A stretch of 64,000 nt of DNA from Opitutales bacterium (GTDB taxonomy: Bacteria; Verrucomicrobiota; Verrucomicrobiia; Opitutales; PNEW01): NCBI GenBank assembly GCA_965197745.1, contig CBDANS010000007.1, positions 1,952,001-2,016,000 on the forward strand. Direction: 5' to 3'. The notes under the pieces were generated by a model. The model ran no database searches, had not been told where the DNA came from, and saw only the letters and a list, made by a program, of their open reading frames with translations. Both the position numbers and the translations under genes were made by a program. Shown one piece after another: positions 52,691-63,180 of this stretch. Position 1 is the stretch's first letter; each line of letters opens with the position of its first letter.

Positions 52691-53971
52691 TTAAGTAGCT
52701 TTTAATACCTCTTCAACGGTAGTAATGCCATTTATTATCGCACGAATCCCCTCTTCACGAAGTGTTATTAATCCCATTCTTTTAGCATGTTCCCTCAGGT
52801 CCTTGGTCGATTTATTCATACCTGTCATTTCTCGCAGGGAATCATTTAAAACAAGCATTTCAAAAAGTCCCGTGCGACCTCGGTATCCCGTGCTATTACA
52901 TTCTAAACACCCAGCTCCATAAGTAAAATTGCGGTCTATAAACTTATCCCCACCCAACTCGAGCAGACGCATGAGATCCGGACGTGGGGAATAATCCTTT
53001 CTGCATTCCGGGCAGATAGAGCGGATCAATCTTTGAGCGAGAACGGATTCGAGGGAAGCCGCAACGAGATAGGGTTCCAGACCCAAATCGATTAACCGGG
53101 TAATCGCTCCTACCGAGTCTATGGTATGGAGCGTACTGAGAACAAAATGGCCCGTAAACGATGCTTGAACCGCGATACTCGCCGTCTCCAAATCTCGAAT
53201 TTCACCAACCATGATTATATCCGGATCCTGGCGTAAAAATGATCGAAGTGCTCGAGCAAAGGTTAAATCAATGAGTGGATTTATGGTCACCTGCATAAGA
53301 CCTTCAATTTGATACTCGACTGGATCCTCTGCCGTAAGAATCTTCTTTTCCTGTTCATTTACTTCCCGCAAGACACTGTACAAAGTCGTTGTTTTTCCGC
53401 TTCCAGTAGGTCCCGTTATGATGAATATTCCACTGGGACGCACTGCGAGACTCCTGACGTTTCCCAACACTTCTTCGGGCATGCCAAGCTGATTAAGGCT
53501 CAAGTTTACTAAAGATTTATCCAAAACGCGGAGGACCAGGCTTTCTCCAAACTGCGTGGGTAATGTTGATACACGCAAATCCACGGATCGTCCATCAACG
53601 GTCATCATATAATGACCATCCTGTGGTATTCGTTTCTCCGCGATATCGAGGTCAGCGAGTACCTTTATCCGTGAGATTACCGGTAAGGCCAAATGTTTTG
53701 GGGGTGGGGCCATTTCGTAGAGAACGCCATCTATACGAAATCGAATGCGAAATTCATCTTCAAAAGGTTCAAAGTGGATATCGGATGCCTTCTCTTTGAT
53801 CGCCTCTAAGATAACAAGATTTACATAATGAATAATGGGCTCCTCGTTCGCCACCTCGATCAATTCTTCACGGGTCGCTCTCTTCCCTGACCCTTCTTTA
53901 AGCTCAGGAAAGGTTACAGACAATGGCGACTCATTCCTGGAATCCATTGTGCCATCGCTGGCTTCGATCAT
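52691..53971 (-). CDS. PilB/GspE-family ATPase, short form lacking the N-terminal domain
   Basis: [29 protein letters not shown] and tetracysteine motifs; 426 aa. Confidence 0.88.
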   Translation of the reverse strand: MIEASDGTMDSRNESPLSVTFPELKEGSGKRATREELIEVANEEPIIHYVNLVILEAIKEKASDIHFEPFEDEFRIRFRIDGVLYEMAPPPKHLALPVISRIKVLADLDIAEKRIPQDGHYMMTVDGRSVDLRVSTLPTQFGESLVLRVLDKSLVNLSLNQLGMPEEVLGNVRSLAVRPSGIFIITGPTGSGKTTTLYSVLREVNEQEKKILTAEDPVEYQIEGLMQVTINPLIDLTFARALRSFLRQDPDIIMVGEIRDLETASIAVQASFTGHFVLSTLHTIDSVGAITRLIDLGLEPYLVAASLESVLAQRLIRSICPECRKDYSPRPDLMRLLELGGDKFIDRNFTYGAGCLECNSTGYRGRTGLFEMLVLNDSLREMTGMNKSTKDLREHAKRMGLITLREEGIRAIINGITTVEEVLKAT

Positions 53972-54017
53972 CTTATATAGATAATCGGGTTAAAGACGAA
54001 ATTATTAATAGCTAAAG

Positions 54018-54180
54018 AGGGATAAGCTCTGTGTGTAAACAATGAGGGTTGAACACGCTACCTGCCTGTCTTCAGTAGTCCCGAAAATACGGGACGAAAG
54101 CTGTTCCCGAGCGGTTCTTTAATTTAGCAGCTACGAGAAAGAAGAAGCGTGCCGGGGAAAGCTCTCTCCTCCATATCCCT
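54018..54180 (-). ncRNA. Candidate structured RNA of unknown class between pilT and pilB
   Basis: Nested complementary segments AGGGATA/TATCCCT, CACGCT/AGCGTG, TCTTC/GAAGA, GTCCCG/CGGGAC, AGCTG/CAGCT; strand inferred from G-U extension. Confidence 0.4.
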
Positions 54181-54194
54181 AAACTTGATAACCC

Positions 54195-55283
54195 TTAATA
54201 GGTCGTGACCTCAGCACCAGTCTCCAGAAGCCTTTTTCGCATTTCTTCAGGATCCTGGGCCTTTTCTATAGCTTGGTCAGCGTCAATTTGATCGGTATTG
54301 ACCAGGCTCATCAGATGCGCGTCCATGGTTATCATTCCCAATTGTGAACCGGTTTGAATATCCGAAGTAATACGATAAGTTTTGTTATCACGGATAAGGG
54401 CTCCGATCGAAGTCGTAGCTACCATAATTTCAAACCCGGCAATACGCCCTCCCCCATTCTTTTTGCAAAGGACCTGTGAAATAACGGCACCGATAGACGA
54501 TGCAAGTTGGGTGCGTATCTGGTCCTTTGTATGAGAGGGAAAAGCATCAACGATTCTATCGACAGTACGAGCCGCGCCGGTAGTGTGCAGGGTCCCAAAA
54601 ACAAGGTGATCCGTTTCAGCAGCGGTAACCGCGGCTTCAATCGTTTCCAGGTCGCGCATTTCACCGACCAGGATGATATCCGGATCTTGACGTAAAGCGC
54701 CACGTATAGCATCAGAAAAAGACATCACATCGGTGCCTACTTCGCGCTGAGTAACAATGCATTTCTTGTGCCCGTGATAGTATTCAATAGGGTCTTCAAT
54801 AGTAATAATATGCCCATCGCGATTTTCATTCACCCAGTTAATCATCGAGGCGAGGGTCGTTGATTTTCCTTAACCTGTAGGTCCGGTGACAAGAATAAGT
54901 CCGCGCGGACGAACCAGCAAATCCTTCACCATGTCAGGTAACCCTATTTGTCGTAAGCCAAACATATCGTTGGGAATCTGCCGTAGGACAATCCCGTAAT
55001 TACCTTTTGCTTTCATCACGCTCACGCGAAATCGAGCTTTATCGAGGAAAGCAAACCCAAAATCTGCGCCACCGTCGGTTTTTGCTTTTTCCTGATGAAA
55101 ATCAGAAGCGATGGACTGCATCAGCGCTTCTGTATCCGGTGGCGTAAGATTGGGGCCATCAACCGGTGTCATCCCACCTGACATGCGAAGAGTTGGAGAT
55201 TGTCCCACTTGAATATGAAGATCAGAGGCCCCCTGATCCACCATCAATTCCAAAAGTTCATTCATCTCATAACCATTATCCAT
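54195..55283 (-). pseudogene. pilT: Twitching-motility ATPase PilT with a nonsense codon in Walker A
   Basis: GASDLH, RFRVS, GPTG*GKSTT (TAA at 54870-54872), [19 protein letters not shown]; both ORF pieces are in the same frame. Confidence 0.92.
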
Positions 55284-55430
55284 GACTTCAACTCCTCTTT
55301 GATTATTTTATCATCACCAGCTAATAAAGAATCGTTTTAATATAAGCCCCTATTGAAAAAGCGCAAGCTTGGAAATAATGTTGAAACATCCTGGATCAAA
55401 GAGCCACTCCATCGGGTTTATTAAGTTAAA

Positions 55431-56963
55431 TTAAGTGTCGTTAACAACCGTAGCTGAGAGCACTTCTTCAAAGGTGGTTATTCCTGCTCTAACCTTTCCT
55501 TTCCCGTCTTCACGCATGGCGCGCATTCCACAGGCTAGTGCTTTATGTCGAAGATCCGCAATTGTCGCCTGCTCATAGATCATCTGTTGAATGGCTTCAT
55601 CCACTACCATTATTTCGAATATTCCGCTACGGCCATAATAGCCAATGCCATGGCAATGGGTACAACCCGTTCCTTTCATAAAAACAGCCGAAGGAATGCG
55701 TCTCTCCATCAATTCAAGCATGCTTAATTCCGCATCAGTTGGTTGATATTGTGCCTTGCACTCTTCACAGTTTAGACGCACCAGTCGTTGAGCCACAACT
55801 CCATGTAAAGAAGCTGAAACAAGAAATGGTTTTATCCCGAAATCTAAAAGCCGCGATATGGCGCTCGGTGCATCATTTGTATGGAGTGTAGAAAATACCA
55901 AATGCCCGGTAAGCGACGCGTTTATGGCAATTTCCGCAGTTTCCATATCTCGAATTTCTCCTATCATGATGATATCAGGTGACTGTTGCAGGATTGCGCG
56001 TAAGGCTGTGGAAAAGCTTATCCCCGTCTGGGAAGCCACTTGGACCTGGTTGACGCCTTTCAATTGGTATTCGACAGGATCTTCTATTGTAATGATCTTG
56101 CGATCGGGATGATTAATGAAATGGAGACAGGAATAAAGGGTTGTCGTTTTACCCGATCCTGTAGGACCGGTAAGCAGGATTAAACCATCGGACTTAGTAA
56201 TAAGGCCTTCAAGTATTTCCCGGTCATCACTGAATAAACCAAGTTCAGAAAGATCAAGACTTTGTCTTTCTCCATCGAGAACACGCATTACCATACTCTC
56301 TCCGTTTGTGGTAGGAATAGTAGAGACACGCAGATCTATTTTTTTACTACCCCTTTTAAATTGGATACGTCCATCCTGCGGAACTCTTTTTTCCGCAATG
56401 CTGATTTTTGCCATGATTTTCAAATGCGCAATAATCGACAACTGGAGTCGTTTGGGCGGGCTTTCTATTTCCCTTAGCACCCCATCAATTCGTAATCGGA
56501 CGCGGAAACGTTTTTCTAATGGTTCCAGGTGTATGTCAGATACCCGCCGTTTAATAGCCTCTGAAATCAGCCAATCTACATATCTGTTAATCGGTGCCGC
56601 CTCACTCTCGAAGTTATTCCTCTCATCGATGTTAATCCCGGTATCCTTATATTGGTCAATGGCTGCAACTGAGACCTTTGGGGAATAAGATCTGCTATTA
56701 CTTCCCGATTGATAACCCCTATAATATTTTACTATGGCTTCATTGATTGCGTGCCTGGGGGCAAGTACCGGCTCAACGGCAACACCGGACAGGTAACTGA
56801 TACTATCCAGTGTTTCGAAATCTATTGGATCGCTAATTGCTATCTCCAGAACCTGCCCCCGTAATCGCAGGGGGAATACACATAATAATTCCGCGAGGTG
56901 GCGAGAAATTAATTGTAATGTCTCGGGAGATGGATCCCATGCTGAAAGATCGAAAACACTCAA
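55431..56963 (-). CDS. pilB: PilB/GspE-family ATPase; 5' end probably disrupted
   Basis: [22 protein letters not shown] and tetracysteine motifs; the in-frame ATG at 57077 is separated from the body by two stops. Confidence 0.85.
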   Translation of the reverse strand: MSVFDLSAWDPSPETLQLISRHLAELLCVFPLRLRGQVLEIAISDPIDFETLDSISYLSGVAVEPVLAPRHAINEAIVKYYRGYQSGSNSRSYSPKVSVAAIDQYKDTGINIDERNNFESEAAPINRYVDWLISEAIKRRVSDIHLEPLEKRFRVRLRIDGVLREIESPPKRLQLSIIAHLKIMAKISIAEKRVPQDGRIQFKRGSKKIDLRVSTIPTTNGESMVMRVLDGERQSLDLSELGLFSDDREILEGLITKSDGLILLTGPTGSGKTTTLYSCLHFINHPDRKIITIEDPVEYQLKGVNQVQVASQTGISFSTALRAILQQSPDIIMIGEIRDMETAEIAINASLTGHLVFSTLHTNDAPSAISRLLDFGIKPFLVSASLHGVVAQRLVRLNCEECKAQYQPTDAELSMLELMERRIPSAVFMKGTGCTHCHGIGYYGRSGIFEIMVVDEAIQQMIYEQATIADLRHKALACGMRAMREDGKGKVRAGITTFEEVLSATVVNDT

Positions 56964-57082
56964 GTCATACGCTTCTGCTAATACTTCATTCGCCGCCTGA
57001 GAATTAATATCGTCATTCTCAAAACATTCCTAAGAGCCCAGCTGATTTATGACTGAAGTTCTTATTTATGACCCCATAGCTA

Positions 57083-58933
57083 TTAGCGATTCATCGACAT
57101 CAGAAACTCTGCGTTCGATTTTGTTTTACGCACGCGCTGAATCAGCATTTCAACTGCCTCATCTGAAGGCACCCCTTTCATCGCTCTACGCATGGAGTAA
57201 ATTTTTCCTAATTCATCAGGGTGATAAAGCAGCTCCTCCTTGCGAGTGCCACTTCTCTCCATACTGAGTGAGGGAAATACCCGTTTGTCAACGAGTCCAC
57301 GATCGAGATGCAACTCCATGTTTCCTGTTCCTTTGAATTCTTCAAATATGACTTCATCCATTCTGCTGCCGGTATCGATTAGAGCGGTCGCAATTATTGT
57401 CAAGCTACCCCCTCCCTCTATGTTGCGAGCAGAGCCAAAAAAACGTTTTGGTTTTTGGAGAGCGCTGGCTTCAACCCCACCGGATAGTATTTTTCCGCTG
57501 CTGGGCATGAGTGTATTATAAGCGCGGGCGAGACGTGTTATAGAGTCAAGTAGGATTACCACGTGTTGTCCCACTTCTACCAATCGCCTTGATTTTTCTA
57601 TGACCATCTCAGCCGCATGTACATGACTCCAGGCGGTTTCATCAAAAGTTGAACTGATAACTTCCCCCTTAACCTGGCGCTGAAAATCGGTTACCTCTTC
57701 AGGGCGCTCATCAATAAGAAGAACGATAAGATGAACATCCGGATTATTTTGAGCGATGGAATTAGCAATTCCCTGCAGTAATACGGTCTTTCCGGTGCGG
57801 GGCGGAGCGACAATGAGTCCGCGTTGTCCCAATCCGATAGGGGTAAGCAAATCCACAACGCGCATTGAAATATTGTCCCAGGAGACATCTGGATTTGTTT
57901 CAAGGAAAAATCGTTCCAGCGGATAATAGGGAATAAGATCCTCAAAAGGAGTCACTTTACTATTATCTTCCGGGTCTCGACTCATGATTTTATTGATCCG
58001 TAAAGTAAAGGGGCAAGTTTCGTCCTCACGGTGTGGATGCACCTGGGCTTCAACCATATGCCCGCGCAATAATCCGTAACGTTTGATTATAGAAGGCGGG
58101 ACATAAACATTGTGCTGCCTGATTTGGTAATTCTCGTGCTGATACGTGATCAGGCCGTAACCCTCTTCCATGAGCTCAAAGCATCCATTCACGTAGAGCG
58201 GTATCTTCTTTTCGAATCTGTCTTTGAGAATCTCATCAACAAGGAGGGTTCGGTTTGGTGCAGAATCCTGCTCAATGCCTGATGCGCGAGCCTCATCCAC
58301 TAATTGCAGCAAAGGAATTTCGAATAAATTATTAATGAATATAGGTTCGACTTTGCTTGTGGACTGTTCAGCCAGTGCCTCAAGTTCTGTTAAATCGTTA
58401 AATAACTCATACTCGGGCAGACTCCCCACTTTAGGTCCGGCACCACCGTCATAATCATCAAAACTGCCTATTTTACCCCTTCTCTTTTTATTTTGCTTTT
58501 TCGAATATGTCCTGTGTCTTCTGTGCTGGTTCCTTGAAGAATCTTTTCTCCGATCTGATCGCCCCCCTCGTCCATCACTGCGTTCATCATTTCCTCGGTT
58601 TCCACGCTCTTCTCTTGTATTTAAACCACCGGAACGACGACCATGGCTCGAGTCTTCATCGGTTTCACGATTGTTTGACTGCGATTTCCCATCTTTCATT
58701 GGGGCTTCACCCGCAGTGCTAGCCGAATGATCACGGTTATAATCATTTGCAGAATCCGAATCCCCTTTGCCGTCACCAGGGTGCTTATTAGAATTTTCAG
58801 TACCCTGCCTTTCCTTAGTCCTGCCGGCGACGACTTTTTTACGAACATTCGATGGCCTTATGGATGCTTTCACTTCGCTGGCACCCGGATCGTCGGACTG
58901 AGCGAGAGAATCTTCATCTTCAGTATTGGACAT
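57083..58933 (-). CDS. rho: Transcription termination factor Rho with long low-complexity N-terminal extension
   Basis: [37 protein letters not shown] and FKGTGNME motifs. Confidence 0.97.
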   Translation of the reverse strand: MSNTEDEDSLAQSDDPGASEVKASIRPSNVRKKVVAGRTKERQGTENSNKHPGDGKGDSDSANDYNRDHSASTAGEAPMKDGKSQSNNRETDEDSSHGRRSGGLNTREERGNRGNDERSDGRGGRSDRRKDSSRNQHRRHRTYSKKQNKKRRGKIGSFDDYDGGAGPKVGSLPEYELFNDLTELEALAEQSTSKVEPIFINNLFEIPLLQLVDEARASGIEQDSAPNRTLLVDEILKDRFEKKIPLYVNGCFELMEEGYGLITYQHENYQIRQHNVYVPPSIIKRYGLLRGHMVEAQVHPHREDETCPFTLRINKIMSRDPEDNSKVTPFEDLIPYYPLERFFLETNPDVSWDNISMRVVDLLTPIGLGQRGLIVAPPRTGKTVLLQGIANSIAQNNPDVHLIVLLIDERPEEVTDFQRQVKGEVISSTFDETAWSHVHAAEMVIEKSRRLVEVGQHVVILLDSITRLARAYNTLMPSSGKILSGGVEASALQKPKRFFGSARNIEGGGSLTIIATALIDTGSRMDEVIFEEFKGTGNMELHLDRGLVDKRVFPSLSMERSGTRKEELLYHPDELGKIYSMRRAMKGVPSDEAVEMLIQRVRKTKSNAEFLMSMNR

Positions 58934-59012
58934 GACAGTGGACTTTGTGAAATACCCCTATTTATCACTAAGAGAAATTAAAGACCTGGTATGGGGTGTA
59001 AGCGAAAATAAC

Positions 59013-59594
59013 TTAGGGATGGTTGAGGTGATGGCAGAGTCTGTTAACCTGCTTATGCAGAAAATCTATGTTTCCGTTATTGGTAAGAACAAAATCAGCG
59101 CGTTCGATTTTATCAACCGTTGGTAATTGATTGGCAATTCGGGCTTTTGCATCGCCCTCATCGAAACCACGCTCCCTTAATCTTTTGACCTGAAGCGGAA
59201 TACTCGCACTTATACAAACAGTAAAATCGAAGCGTTTTTCAAGCTTTTTTTCAAAAAGCAGCGGAATTTCGACCACCCACAAAGAATCGGGTTTTTCATC
59301 CATCAGGGATTGACTGATCGCTCCTACTCTTGGATGGAGCAGTTTTTCCAACCAAGCCAGTTTTTCGGCGTCATTAAAGACAATTTGGGCAAGGCTCTTT
59401 CGATCAATTTCACCCCCATCATTGATCACCCCAGAGCCAAAATGACCACGTATAGCATTTTGCACCTCTTTATCGCTTTTAAGGAGGTCTTTAACCAGGC
59501 TATCGCTATCTATGACTTCGGCGCCGTTTTCTTGAAAAAACTTCAACGCCGTTGATTTGCCACACCCTATAGAACCTGTTAACCCAAGACGCAT
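59013..59594 (-). CDS. coaE: Dephospho-CoA kinase
   Basis: GLTGSIGCGKST, IDRKSL and EIPLLFE motifs. Confidence 0.95.
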   Translation of the reverse strand: MRLGLTGSIGCGKSTALKFFQENGAEVIDSDSLVKDLLKSDKEVQNAIRGHFGSGVINDGGEIDRKSLAQIVFNDAEKLAWLEKLLHPRVGAISQSLMDEKPDSLWVVEIPLLFEKKLEKRFDFTVCISASIPLQVKRLRERGFDEGDAKARIANQLPTVDKIERADFVLTNNGNIDFLHKQVNRLCHHLNHP

Positions 59595-60014
59595 AATAAA
59601 GGAATCTCTAAAATGGTAATAATTGATCTCATAGAATCACGGGTGGGGAATTGAAAAGGGTATTTATTGTTATCAATAAAAAGAAAAAGCATCGATAGTC
59701 TCTTTACAAAGAGCCACCCGATTAATTATTGCCTCTTAACAATAATTCTCTGAATTTAAGCAATAATTTCGTAAAATATAGCTTAAGTAGCCAGGTATCG
59801 TCAAGGGCTTTCACCCGTTTGCATGGCTCTGGCCAGAGCAAAAAACATAAAGGAAACCTCAAAGAATAGCGGTATTTAAATTAAATTAATTTCGGTCAGT
59901 ATAGATTAATCGACACTAATTGTTTTCTATAAGTAAAAGTTTTCAAATAACGCTATTTCTAAACCCATCATCAAGCAATAACAGCTACATACGGTTGCAT
60001 ATTATAAATTCAAA

Positions 60015-60236
60015 ATGAGTAATCCAAATCCAAAACCCGGTTCATTACGCCAGCTCATTCACGATCTCAACGGTCAATTATTTCTCATTCGCGGCAACCT
60101 GGATTTAATTCATCTACAAATAAAAGACACCCCTCTGATAGGTGATAACTATGAAAAGATTCAGGAGGGTTTAAATGAAGTGGAAGCTATCTCAAAAAAG
60201 ATGCGTGTCCGACAACAGGAGTTGGAACCTTCCTGA
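60015..60236 (+). CDS. Small stand-alone HisKA/DHp-like protein
   Basis: LRQLIHDLNGQLFLIRGNLDL H-box-like helix plus a second helix; 73 aa. Confidence 0.55.
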   Translation: MSNPNPKPGSLRQLIHDLNGQLFLIRGNLDLIHLQIKDTPLIGDNYEKIQEGLNEVEAISKKMRVRQQELEPS

Positions 60237-60323
60237 GACATAACCCTCTATCCAGGAAACGCTTCTAACGCATATTTTATAATCGGGTCCCTTGTTCACG
60301 CACAGCCAATAATCGTTTATTGT

Positions 60324-62243
60324 ATGAATAAAAGAAAAAGCAGTTCATTGTCTGAAGCAGAACAATTTGAAAAAATTAAAACAAGGGTATACGCCAGCGC
60401 TAATTTGGCCTGCCGGGGGATTGCTAGAGAAATTGAAACCCTCATTCGTGATAAAACGGAAAAAGGAAAGTCGACCGTCCTGGGGCTGGCCACCGGTTCG
60501 ACACCAGTCTCTCTATACCGGGAGTTGATAAAACTTCATACAGAAGAAGGGTTGAGTTTCAAAAACGTGCATACTTTTAACCTCGATGAATATTATCCCA
60601 TCGAGAAGCATCATCGGGAAAGCTACTTTCGCTATATGCATGAGCAGTTTTTTAAACATCTCGATATACCGGAAAGTAATATTCACATACCTGACGGCAG
60701 CATGACACGCCAGGCGGTCTTCGAAACCTGCCAGGACTACGAAAACACAATTACCTCCGTTGGAGGTATTGATTTGCAGATTCTCGGTATTGGACGCACC
60801 GGCCACATCGGATTTAATGAACCGGGTTCGATGCGCGAATCAGTAACCCGCCTCGTCTCGATCGACCGCATGACCCGTCTCGATGCGGCACGTGATTTTC
60901 TAGGTGAAGAAAGTGTTCCACGCTATAGCATCACTATGGGTATAGGGACTATCCTTAAAGCGCGTAAATTAATCCTCATGGCTTGGGGCGAAGCCAAATC
61001 CAGAATCATTGCCCGGGCAGTGGAAGGACCGGTTACCGAGACTTTGCCCGCTTCATTTATTCAAGAACATCCCAATGCACGATTCATAATCGATGAAGCC
61101 GCTGCTGCAGAATTAACACGGATACAGCATCCATGGTTAGTGGGAAACGTCTCTTGGACACCATCGCTGGCACGCCATGCGGTGGTATGGCTCAGCCATA
61201 AAGTTAAAAAACCTGTTCTCAAGCTGGTTGATGAAGAGTACAGTGAAAATGGAATGGCAGAATTACTCACTGAACAGGGCCCTGCGTATAATCTCAATAT
61301 TCGAATCTTTAATGAGTTGCAGCACACCATTACCGGTTGGCCCGGTGGCAAACCGAATGCCGATGATTCGAGTCGACCGGAACGGGCTCAACCATTCCCC
61401 AAACGAATTGTAATTTTCAGTCCCGAACCACAGGATGATGTATTATTTATGGGCGGCACACTGCACCGCTTAGTGCAACAAGGGCATAAAGTTGAAGTTG
61501 TTTATCAGACCTCAGGAAATCTCGCCGTTCCTGACGAGGAAGCGATTAAATTTGCGGAATTCCTAATCGACAGTGACGCTAAACCCAAATCCAGTGGACA
61601 GGGAAAATTTGCCCACCAGGTTCTTAAGGCATTGGAAGAAAAAGGAGATTTCGGCATAGATCCACCTGATTTGCGGCACATTAAAGCCATGATTAGACGG
61701 GGAGAAGCGCGTGCCGCTTGTCGCGTATGTAACCTGCCGCCGAAAAATATCCATTTTCTTGATATGCCGTTTTACGAACAGGGGCGTTACCGTCAGTTCA
61801 CCCTTAACCAAAAAGACAACGAGAAGGTGTTAAAATTACTCAATAAAATTAAACCGCATCAAATTTATGCAACAGGGGGGCAAGCTGATCCCAATTCCGT
61901 TCAATATCTTTGTTTTGAATCTATTTGTCAGACCTTTAATCACCTTTCTCATTCTGAATGGGTAGACGAATGCTATGTATGGCTTTATCGGGGGCCAGAC
62001 AAAGAATGGTTGATTGATGAAATTGAAATGGCTGTACCCTTAAGTCCTGATGAACTGGCAACGAAAATAAAAGCCATATACCAGCACGAATCACAGAAGA
62101 GCCAATCGCCACACTCTGAGGAAAATCTGAGAGAATTTTGGCAGCAGGCGGAATCCCGCAATCAGGCAACCGCTCATATATACGATAGTTTAGGGTTCGC
62201 GGAATACGAAGCCATCGAAGCTTTTAAACGCTGGCATCCTTGA
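60324..62243 (+). CDS. nagB: Glucosamine-6-phosphate deaminase fused to a PIG-L-like domain
   Basis: LGLATGSTP, FNLDEY, GIGRTGHIGFNEPG, ITMG; C-terminal domain FSPEPQDD...HESQ. Confidence 0.93.
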   Translation: MNKRKSSSLSEAEQFEKIKTRVYASANLACRGIAREIETLIRDKTEKGKSTVLGLATGSTPVSLYRELIKLHTEEGLSFKNVHTFNLDEYYPIEKHHRESYFRYMHEQFFKHLDIPESNIHIPDGSMTRQAVFETCQDYENTITSVGGIDLQILGIGRTGHIGFNEPGSMRESVTRLVSIDRMTRLDAARDFLGEESVPRYSITMGIGTILKARKLILMAWGEAKSRIIARAVEGPVTETLPASFIQEHPNARFIIDEAAAAELTRIQHPWLVGNVSWTPSLARHAVVWLSHKVKKPVLKLVDEEYSENGMAELLTEQGPAYNLNIRIFNELQHTITGWPGGKPNADDSSRPERAQPFPKRIVIFSPEPQDDVLFMGGTLHRLVQQGHKVEVVYQTSGNLAVPDEEAIKFAEFLIDSDAKPKSSGQGKFAHQVLKALEEKGDFGIDPPDLRHIKAMIRRGEARAACRVCNLPPKNIHFLDMPFYEQGRYRQFTLNQKDNEKVLKLLNKIKPHQIYATGGQADPNSVQYLCFESICQTFNHLSHSEWVDECYVWLYRGPDKEWLIDEIEMAVPLSPDELATKIKAIYQHESQKSQSPHSEENLREFWQQAESRNQATAHIYDSLGFAEYEAIEAFKRWHP

Positions 62244-62457
62244 TATCATCTGTGACGCAACGCGGTATAAGGGACAGCTGGTTCAAAGCATAAGGTTGAG
62301 CGCCGGAGCTGGGAATTAAGTGAGTCTGTTTTATGTCGTATCAAATATACAGGAAAATTTAGACTCATGACGCGAAATGTAAGGCACAGGGGCAGCTCAA
62401 CCCATTAACCACTATCCGCTTAAAGCTTAGTATATTGCGCTTTGAGCCTATCCATTT

Positions 62458-63180
62458 ATGAGCGAGTCGTACCCCTCTCCGCTGCGGCTGAGAGATATAG
62501 CAGTAAGTGAACGCCCACAGGAACGTTTAGAGAAATATGGCGCAACTTCACTGAGTGATACAGAATTATTAGCGATGATCCTGCGTAGTGGGAGTAAAAA
62601 CAGGAATGTTCTGGCCCTGTCCACCCACATTATTGCAGAGGCAGGATCACTTGCCGGTCTTCTCACCTGGAGGGAATCCGATTTTAGTAAAATGACCGGT
62701 ATCGGCAAAATTAAAGCTTTGCAATGCATGACAGTTATGGAAATTGCGCGTCGAATCCTTTCACATAATCCTAATACAGAGCCAACTTTCAATTCTCCCG
62801 ATGCGGTCTTTGAGCATTTTCGACCTATTACCGCAGGTATAGAAGTCGAGAAATTCTGGGTCCTTTGTCTGAACCGTAAAAACCGCCTTATCAAACGCGT
62901 GGAAACAACTTCAGGCACCGCTAACAGCAGCCTTGTTCACCCGAGGGAAGTCTTTCGTGAAGCCATATATTATAGTGCCTCTGCCATTATTTGTGTGCAC
63001 AATCATCCCAGTGGTGACCCTTCGCCGAGCAGTGCCGATATTCGCATTACCCGCCAACTCAAAGAAGCTTCAAAAGTCCTCTCCATTGACTTGCTTGATC
63101 ATATTGTCGTTGGGCAAGTAGCTGCGGATCCTAACGGAAACGGATTTTATAGCTTTGTTGAAGCAGGTCTTATTTCATAA
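62458..63180 (+). CDS. radC: RadC (JAB domain) protein
   Basis: ERPQERL, LSDTELLA, HhH motif GIGKIKA, VHPREVF, HNHPSGDPSPS and LLDHIVV. Confidence 0.95.
   Translation: MSESYPSPLRLRDIAVSERPQERLEKYGATSLSDTELLAMILRSGSKNRNVLALSTHIIAEAGSLAGLLTWRESDFSKMTGIGKIKALQCMTVMEIARRILSHNPNTEPTFNSPDAVFEHFRPITAGIEVEKFWVLCLNRKNRLIKRVETTSGTANSSLVHPREVFREAIYYSASAIICVHNHPSGDPSPSSADIRITRQLKEASKVLSIDLLDHIVVGQVAADPNGNGFYSFVEAGLIS

Noticed and set aside
54069..54135. Hammerhead ribozyme or c-di-GMP-I riboswitch resemblance (stem-GAAA-stem-UA; GGGACGAAAGC)
   Set aside because: The hammerhead CUGANGA core reads TTCAGTA, the riboswitch GGCAAA/P1 elements are missing, and both would be antisense to the genes.
32910..57068. 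Stop-codon reassignment explaining the in-frame stops
   Set aside because: The stops are of different types (TAG, TAA), and all three stop codons terminate intact genes here.
62458..63180. radC as a marker of a prophage or integrative element
   Set aside because: Full-length form with an HhH domain in a housekeeping context; no integrase or phage genes nearby.
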